From Streptomyces sp. CNQ-509 (lineage in GTDB: Bacteria; Actinomycetota; Actinomycetes; Streptomycetales; Streptomycetaceae), in NCBI RefSeq assembly GCF_001011035.1, contig NZ_CP011492.1:7672951-7704950 (forward strand): a stretch of DNA of 32,000 bases, in the 5' to 3' direction. A program made the position numbers and the translations under genes. Position 1 is the first letter of the stretch, and each line of letters opens with the position of its first letter. The notes under the pieces were generated by a model, which did no database searches, was not told the origin of the DNA, and was given only the letters and a program-made list of their open reading frames with translations. Positions 26,701-32,000 of the stretch are shown in pieces.

Positions 26701-29700
26701 CGCGCGAGCGGCTGCTGTGCGAGCTCTTCGCCGACGTGCTCGGCGTGCCGCGGGTCGGCGCCGACACCGACTTCTTCGCCCTCGGCGGCCACTCGCTCCA
26801 GGCCATCCGCCTGGTCGCAAGGATCCGCACCGCCCTCGGCGCCGACCTCGCGCTCAGCGCGCTCTTCGAAGCGCCGACCCCCGCCCGGCTGGCGGCCCGG
26901 TTCGGCGCCGGCCCGGCCCGGCCGGCGCTCACCGCGGCGACGGGGCCCGCGGCCGAGGCGGCACCGCTGTCGTACGCGCAGCAGCGGCTGTGGTTCCTGC
27001 ACCGCGCCGAGGGCCCGGCCGCCACGTACAACATCCCCCTCGCGCAGCGGTTCACCGGCGAACTCGACCGGGACGCGCTGGAGCGGGCCCTGGGCGACGT
27101 CGTGGCCCGGCACGAGAGCCTGCGCACCGTCTTCCCCGACACCGGCGGCGACGGCACCGGGCCGCGGCAGCGGATCCTCGGCGCCGCCGCGGCCCGGCCC
27201 GCGCTGCCCGTCACCGAGGTGGCCGGCGCGGGGGAGCTGCGGCGGAAGCTGGCGGAGGCCGTGCGCTATACCTTCGACCTGGCCGTCGAACCGCCGCTGC
27301 GCGCCGAGCTGTTCGTGCTCGGCCCCGCTCACGCCGTCCTGTGCCTGGTCATCCACCACATCGCCGCCGACGGCTGGTCCATGGCCCCGCTCACCCGCGA
27401 CCTGGCGACCGCGTACGCCGCCCGCCTGCGCGGAGAGGAGCCCGACTGGGCGCCGCTGCCGGTCCGTTACACCGACTACACCCTCTGGCAGTGCCGCCTC
27501 CTGGGCGCCCCGGAAGACCCGGACGGCCTGCTGCACCGCCAGCTCGCCCACTGGACGGCGGCGCTCGCCGGCCTGCCCGACGAGATCGCGCTGCCCCGCG
27601 ACCGGCCCCGGCCCGCCGTCGCCTCGTACGCGGGCGGCCGGGTCCTGCTGCACATCGACGCGGAACTGCACGCGGCGCTCGCGGAGGTGGGCAGCCGCTC
27701 GGGCGCCACCCTGTTCATGGTGCTGCACGCGAGCCTCGCGGCGCTGCTCACGAGGCTCGGCGCGGGCACCGACCTGCCGGTCGGCAGCGTCATCGCCGGC
27801 CGTACCGACGAGGCGCTCGACGAGCTGGTGGGCTTCTTCGTCAACACGCTGGTGCTGCGCACCGACACCTCCGGCGACCCCGCCTTCGCGGAGCTGGTGG
27901 AGCGGGTACGGGACACCGCGCTGGCCGCGTACGCCCACCAGGACGTGCCCTTCGAGCGGCTCGTCGAAGCGCTCAACCCGCCCCGGGCCCCGGGCCGCCA
28001 CCCGCTGTTCCAGATCGCGCTCTCCGTCGACGCCGACGAGACCGCGGAGTTCACGCTTCCCGGGCTGCGCACCTCCCGGATCCGGGTGCCCACGCGGACC
28101 GCCAAGTTCGACCTGGACATCGGCATCGGCGAGCGGCGCTCCGCGGCGGGCGAACGCCTCGGCCTGACCGGCACCCTCGACTACGCCACCGACCTCTTCG
28201 ACCACACCACGGTGCAGGACTTCGCCGACCGCTGGGTGCGCCTGCTGCGGGCGGCCGTGGCCGAACCCGGGCTGCCGATCAGCCGCATCGACGTGCTGTC
28301 CGGCGCCGAGCGCCGGCTCCTCGTCGGCAGCGCGGCCGCCGGCGCCGGCACCGGCGCAGACGCAGACGCGGACGGCGACGCCCACGCGGACGCCGACGCC
28401 GGTACGGACGTGGACGGCGACCGCGAGGCGGCGCCCGCGCGCACGCTCACCGAGCTGTTCGCCGTGCGGGTACGCACCACCCCCGGCGCGGTCGCCGTCG
28501 CGGCGGCGGGTACGGAGCTGACGTACGCGGGACTCGACGCCCGCGCCAACCGGCTCGCGCACGCCCTCGCCGCCCGCGGCGCCGGCCCCGAGGACATCGT
28601 GGCCGTCGCCCTGCCCCGCTCCGCCGACCTCGTCGTGGCCCTGCTCGCGGTCCTCAAGGCCGGCGCCGCCTACCTGCCCCTCGACCCCGGCTACCCGGCC
28701 CCGCGCCTCGCCGCCATGGTCGCCGACGCCCGACCCGTGCTGCTGCTCACGGACACCGCCACCGCCTCCGCCGGCACCCTCGGTGCCGGCGTCCCGCGGC
28801 TGCTGCTCGACGACCCGGCGCAGGCCGCCGAACCGGCGGAGCTGCCCGGCACGGCACCCGCGCCGGGACCGCGGCCCGGCCACCCGGCGTACGTCATCTA
28901 CACCTCCGGCTCGACCGGCGCGCCCAAGGGCGTCGTCGCGCGGCACGCGAGCGTCGCCGCGGTCGCGGAGCGGTACGGGAAGCAGGTCTTCGGCCCGGTG
29001 GCCCGGCGCGCAGGCGGCCGGCCGCTGCGGATCGCGCTCACCGCCTCGGTGTCCTTCGACGCCTCCTGGGGGCAGCTCGCGGCCCTCACCGCGGGCCACG
29101 AGCTGCACCTGCCGGACGACCGTACGTGGACGGACGCGGACCGGTTCGTGGCGTGGCTCGCCGAACGGCGCATCGACAGCGTCGACGTCACGCCCTCGCA
29201 CATGCAGGTCCTCTGCGCCCGCGGCCTGTTCGCGGACGGGCGACCGCGGCCCGCCCTCGCCGTCCTCGGCGGCGAGGCGCTGCCGGAAGGGCTGTGGCGG
29301 GAGCTGCGCGCGGTCCCCGGGCTGACCGCCCACAACATGTACGGGCCCACCGAGTGCACCGTCGACTGCGTGCAGGCGCGGCTCGACGCCACTCGCACTC
29401 CCGTGCTCGGCCGGCCCGTCCCCGGCGCCCGCGCGTACGTCCTGGACGCGGCGCTGCGCCCGGTGCCGCCCGGCGTGACCGGCGAGCTGTACGTCGCCGG
29501 GACCGGCCTGGCGCGCGGCTATCTGCGCCGCCCAGGCGAGACGGCCCTGCGGTTCGTGGCCGACCCGTACGGCCCGCCGGGCGCGCGGATGTACCGCACC
29601 GGGGACCTCGCCCGCCCCCGCCGCGACGGCCGGCTCGACTTCGCGGGACGCGCCGACGACCAGGTCAAGATCCGCGGCCACCGCGTCGAACCCGGCGAGG

Positions 29701-31388
29701 TCGAAGCCGCCCTCGCCGCCCATCCCGCGGTCGCCCGCGCCGCGGTGGTCGCCCGCGCCGACCAGCGCGGCGACACCCGGCTCGTCGGCTACGCGGTGCC
29801 CGCCGCCGGTGAGCCGGAAACGGCGGCGCTGCGCGCCTTCCTCCGCACCCGGCTGCCCGCGCACGCCGTACCGGCGGCGATCGTGGCGCTGCCCGCGCTG
29901 CCGCTGACGCCCAGCGGCAAACTCGACCGCCGTGCCCTGCCGGCCCCGGCCCCCGCCGCGTCCCCGGGCGCCGGCCGCGCGCCGCGCACCCCGTACGAGA
30001 AGGCCCTCTGCGAGCTGTTCGCCGAAGCGCTGGACCTGCCCGCCGTCGGCGTCGACGACGACTTCTTCGCGCTCGGCGGCCACTCGCTGCTCGCCACCCG
30101 GCTCGCCGGCCGCATCGGTGAACGGCTCGCCGTCCCCTTCGGCCTCTCCGCGCTCCTGGAAGCCCCCACCCCGGCCGGACTCGCCCGGCAGCTCGGCGCG
30201 GAAGGACCCCGGGCCGCGCCCTCCTGGGTGCCGGACTCCGAGGCGAAACTCAGCCCCGCGCTGCGGTTCACCGGCGCCCCGCCGCCGGCCGGCGGTCCCC
30301 GCGAGGTGCTGCTCACCGGCGCCACGGGCTTCGTCGGGGCCTTTCTGCTCGCGGAGCTGCTGGGGGCCACGACGGCCCGGGTGCACTGCCTCGTCCGGGC
30401 GGGCACCGCCGACGAGGCACACGAGCGGCTGGCCGCGGCGCTGCGCGGGTACGGCCTCGGCGCCGCTGCGGGCGACCCGCGGACCGTCGCCGTCCCCGGC
30501 GACCTCGGCGCCGTCGACCTCGGCGCGGGGCCGGAGCACTGGGCCCGGCTGCGCGACGGCGTCGACACGATCGTGCACGCGGGCGCACGCGTCCACCACG
30601 TCTCGCCGTACGCCCTGCTGAAACCTGCCAACGTCGAGGGCACCCGCACCCTGCTGGGCCTGGCGGCGGAGGGGCGGCCGAAGGCGTTCCACCACCTGTC
30701 GACCCTCGGGGTGTTCCGGGCGTACGGCGCCGGCGCCCCGCCCGTCACCGAGGAGTCGCCGACCGGCGGCGAGCAGCACCCGTACGGCAAGGGCTACTCC
30801 GCGAGCAAGTGGGTCGCCGACCGGCTGGTGGAGCGGGCGTTCGCGCGCGGCGCGAGCGGCGGCATCCACCGGCTGGGCCGCATCTGGGCGCACTCCGCGA
30901 CCGGCGCCGTCAACCGCGACGACATGTACTCCCGGCTCCTGGTGAGCTGCGCGGAACTCGGCTGCCACCCGGTGGATCCCGCGCTCGACGAGGCGCTGCT
31001 CCCCGTCGACGTCCTCGCCCGCGCCGTCGTCACGCTGGTGCTGCGCGACGACGGCGGCCCGGGATCCGTCCACCACCTGCACCACCCGCGCCGCACCGGG
31101 CCCGGCGCCTTCATGGCGGGGCACGGCCGGCTGCACGGGACGCGCTCCGCGGCGGTCCCGCTCGCCTCCTGGCTGGGGCGCTTGCGCGCCGCGGGCGCAC
31201 GCGGCCGGGAGCTGCCGATCGCTCCGTACCGCGAATACCTGGAGGACCTGGCCGGGACGGCCGGCACGAGAGCCCAACAGGTGTTCGACAACGGCCGGAC
31301 GGTCGGGCTGCTGCGGCGGTACGGGGTCGGGATCCCGGACGTCGACGAGGCCGCAGTCGACGCGTACTGGACCTTCATGAAGCGCTAG
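23742..31388 (+). CDS. Bimodular non-ribosomal peptide synthetase, C-A-PCP-C-A-PCP-Reductase (2548 aa)
   Basis: TTG start 7 nt after AGGAGG. C1 HHAAVDAFG (about 23790-25100); A1 [24 protein letters not shown] (about 25220-26640); PCP1 [11 protein letters not shown] (about 26770); C2 [10 protein letters not shown] (about 26950-28320); A2 [23 protein letters not shown] (about 28440-29940); PCP2 [11 protein letters not shown] (about 30055); R domain [19 protein letters not shown] ... [11 protein letters not shown] (about 30300-31380). Confidence 0.95.
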   Translation: MSRSQVFAAHGGAGAPVRDRPADVPDTLPVTAGQREVWLAEQYSPHHRSALRLGEYLAIDGPVERDLFEAALRHVVGEADALRVRLVPGADGPVQVLEREPPWQLAFVDLSGATDPEAAGRAWADADVARPMDLARGPLFSFALLKLGPDRFWWYHTYHHAAVDAFGYALVARRVAEVYTALVRGREAGPSPFGPLAALVQADRKYQDSAERTADRAYWKRQLAGWTRAATADAGAVHDAAARLPQQRPASGGPGAEGPVASDPAQPAVPRTPLLPLLRPEALRAAARRAGVSRFRLVFAAVALYEHRRTGARDVVVGLTVAGRTGPASRTTPGMLANSVPVRLTVRPGMPLRDLLAQVDDRMREAVEHQRYRAEDLHRDLGLSRGPGTAYTPMVNLIGFDYDISFAGHRCTAHNLSFPLAADLMIMVWDRRDGTGPHMRLHAPPGEYGTAELADTQRRLLDAVAHLADADPDLPVGRLEALPAAERRQLLALGDATAAAAPPAPVAALFEAQVRRTPGAPALESAGTAVSYAELNARANRLAHAMAARGIGAEDVVALVLPRSVDLVVAELAVLKAGAAYLPVDPGYPPARRKFMLTDARPALVLDDPRTLAELAAGQPATDPGIVVDPRRPAYVIYTSGSTGRPKGVMVPHTGVASLVAFHTERLRITPGSRIPQLASPGFDACAWEMCVALLTGATLVLAPGGDPLAVLTEPGFGITHAFVPPSALTAVAEQDSPVTTLAVGGEPVPPGLVARWAPGRRLMNVYGPTETTAMVTTSLPLTPDGTAPPIGRPHSGTRLYVLDGALRPVPVGASGELYIAGVSLARGYLRRPGLTALRFVADPYGPPGTRMYRTGDVVRWRADGQVDFVGRADRQVKIRGFRIEQEEVEAALLACPGVARAAVLARRDPPGGDLRLVAYVVAAEDGLSGPLLRARLCARLPGFMVPAAFVMLGDLPLNANGKVDRDALPAPEPDPEEAAGAPPRTPRERLLCELFADVLGVPRVGADTDFFALGGHSLQAIRLVARIRTALGADLALSALFEAPTPARLAARFGAGPARPALTAATGPAAEAAPLSYAQQRLWFLHRAEGPAATYNIPLAQRFTGELDRDALERALGDVVARHESLRTVFPDTGGDGTGPRQRILGAAAARPALPVTEVAGAGELRRKLAEAVRYTFDLAVEPPLRAELFVLGPAHAVLCLVIHHIAADGWSMAPLTRDLATAYAARLRGEEPDWAPLPVRYTDYTLWQCRLLGAPEDPDGLLHRQLAHWTAALAGLPDEIALPRDRPRPAVASYAGGRVLLHIDAELHAALAEVGSRSGATLFMVLHASLAALLTRLGAGTDLPVGSVIAGRTDEALDELVGFFVNTLVLRTDTSGDPAFAELVERVRDTALAAYAHQDVPFERLVEALNPPRAPGRHPLFQIALSVDADETAEFTLPGLRTSRIRVPTRTAKFDLDIGIGERRSAAGERLGLTGTLDYATDLFDHTTVQDFADRWVRLLRAAVAEPGLPISRIDVLSGAERRLLVGSAAAGAGTGADADADGDAHADADAGTDVDGDREAAPARTLTELFAVRVRTTPGAVAVAAAGTELTYAGLDARANRLAHALAARGAGPEDIVAVALPRSADLVVALLAVLKAGAAYLPLDPGYPAPRLAAMVADARPVLLLTDTATASAGTLGAGVPRLLLDDPAQAAEPAELPGTAPAPGPRPGHPAYVIYTSGSTGAPKGVVARHASVAAVAERYGKQVFGPVARRAGGRPLRIALTASVSFDASWGQLAALTAGHELHLPDDRTWTDADRFVAWLAERRIDSVDVTPSHMQVLCARGLFADGRPRPALAVLGGEALPEGLWRELRAVPGLTAHNMYGPTECTVDCVQARLDATRTPVLGRPVPGARAYVLDAALRPVPPGVTGELYVAGTGLARGYLRRPGETALRFVADPYGPPGARMYRTGDLARPRRDGRLDFAGRADDQVKIRGHRVEPGEVEAALAAHPAVARAAVVARADQRGDTRLVGYAVPAAGEPETAALRAFLRTRLPAHAVPAAIVALPALPLTPSGKLDRRALPAPAPAASPGAGRAPRTPYEKALCELFAEALDLPAVGVDDDFFALGGHSLLATRLAGRIGERLAVPFGLSALLEAPTPAGLARQLGAEGPRAAPSWVPDSEAKLSPALRFTGAPPPAGGPREVLLTGATGFVGAFLLAELLGATTARVHCLVRAGTADEAHERLAAALRGYGLGAAAGDPRTVAVPGDLGAVDLGAGPEHWARLRDGVDTIVHAGARVHHVSPYALLKPANVEGTRTLLGLAAEGRPKAFHHLSTLGVFRAYGAGAPPVTEESPTGGEQHPYGKGYSASKWVADRLVERAFARGASGGIHRLGRIWAHSATGAVNRDDMYSRLLVSCAELGCHPVDPALDEALLPVDVLARAVVTLVLRDDGGPGSVHHLHHPRRTGPGAFMAGHGRLHGTRSAAVPLASWLGRLRAAGARGRELPIAPYREYLEDLAGTAGTRAQQVFDNGRTVGLLRRYGVGIPDVDEAAVDAYWTFMKR

Positions 31389-31466
31389 CGCACGCCCGCC
31401 GTACGAGACCGACCGTCCGCGCCGCCGCCGCGGCGCCCCTTATGAGAGAACCGGTGGTTGCTTCCG

Positions 31467-32000
31467 ATGACCTCGACCCTGGCCGCAGGCCCTCGCGCCA
31501 ACGGCGTGGCCGTGGTGGCACCGCGCGCCCGCAGCGGGAACGGTGGCCGCGCCGTGCCCCGGCCGCGCTCGATCCTGCCCGGCCGGCAGCGCTGGGAAGT
31601 CGACCTCTTCCGCGGCAGACCGGGGCTTGCCCGGGTCGCGGAGGCGTCGCTGCGGCAGGCTCGCGGCATCGAGGACGTACGCGTCAACCCGGTCACCGGC
31701 CGGGTGCTGCTGCGGCACGACCACACCCTCGCCCCGCGCGACGCCGCCCGGCTGCTGTACGTCGCGGTCGACCGCGTGCTCACCGCCCTGCACACGCCCG
31801 CGGCGAACGCCCTGGGCGACGGCCCCGCCGCCCCGCCCGCGTACCTCCCCGAGGCCCGCCCATCGCGCGGTGCGGCAGGCACCGCCCGCAGGCTTCCCCG
31901 GATCCTGGGCCTCGGCTGCGCGGCAGCGGCGGCCGTCACCGGCGGGCCGCTGCTGCTGCGGTTCCTCAGGCGCCCCCTGCTCACCCTCGGCGCCGCCGCC
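31467..32000 (+). CDS. N-terminal part of a heavy-metal-associated-domain-like protein (possibly a P-type ATPase), truncated by window end
   Basis: ATG at 31467 opens a frame with no stop to 32000: MTSTLAAGPRANG...RQRWEVDLFRGRPGLARVAEASLRQARGIEDVRVNPVTGRVLLRHDHTLAPRDAARLLYVAVDRVLTAL...; the LARVAEASLRQARGIEDVRVNPVTGRVLLRHD segment resembles an HMA-like ferredoxin-fold domain. Confidence 0.5.
   Translation, partial: MTSTLAAGPRANGVAVVAPRARSGNGGRAVPRPRSILPGRQRWEVDLFRGRPGLARVAEASLRQARGIEDVRVNPVTGRVLLRHDHTLAPRDAARLLYVAVDRVLTALHTPAANALGDGPAAPPAYLPEARPSRGAAGTARRLPRILGLGCAAAAAVTGGPLLLRFLRRPLLTLGAAA

Noticed and set aside
23613-31277. Minus-strand 2554-aa ORF and plus-strand 1986-aa ORF (23852..29812)
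   Set aside because: Very long but both are alternative-frame shadows of the NRPS. The translations are Arg/Ala/Gly/Val/Glu low-complexity, whereas the 23742..31388 frame carries all NRPS core motifs.
1-32000. CRISPR arrays, rRNA and tRNA genes
   Set aside because: No direct-repeat/spacer pattern, rRNA motif or tRNA-like GTTCRANYC cloverleaf was recognised. The only regular repeat is the 9-bp satellite at 2756-2818. A tRNAscan/CRISPR finder run would be needed to exclude them fully.

Overview
High-GC actinobacterial (Streptomyces-like) accessory region. From left to right: (1) an insertion-sequence scrapyard: an ISAzo13-like element (251..2405) with terminal inverted repeats and a 3-bp target duplication, inserted into a frameshifted IS256-family transposase that also carries a 7-copy 9-bp tandem repeat; a MazF/PemK-like toxin gene with no visible antitoxin; an intact-looking IS110-family transposase; and an internally deleted IS701-like transposase. 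(2) A remnant resembling type II polyketide tailoring genes (ABM monooxygenase plus TcmI-like cyclase). (3) A SigE-family sigma factor translationally coupled to a membrane-anchored beta-propeller-like protein. (4) An endonuclease I family protein, an M14 carboxypeptidase interrupted by one in-frame ochre codon, and a decayed amino-sugar locus (NagB-like gene, ABC permease and ROK kinase relics). (5) A type II NADH dehydrogenase-like gene and a YagTSR/PaoABC-like molybdenum hydroxylase operon. (6) A minus-strand set with SDR, small membrane protein, MarR regulator, a DUF2236/MpaB-type oxygenase fused to EF-hand motifs, and a cis-prenyltransferase whose stop overlaps the oxygenase start. (7) A divergent 2548-aa bimodular NRPS, C-A-PCP-C-A-PCP-Reductase, followed by a gene running off the window edge. 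The strongest candidates for an undescribed system are the cis-prenyltransferase / calcium-binding-type MpaB fusion pair and the adjacent reductase-terminated NRPS. All calls are from reading sequence and motifs; no database search was run.
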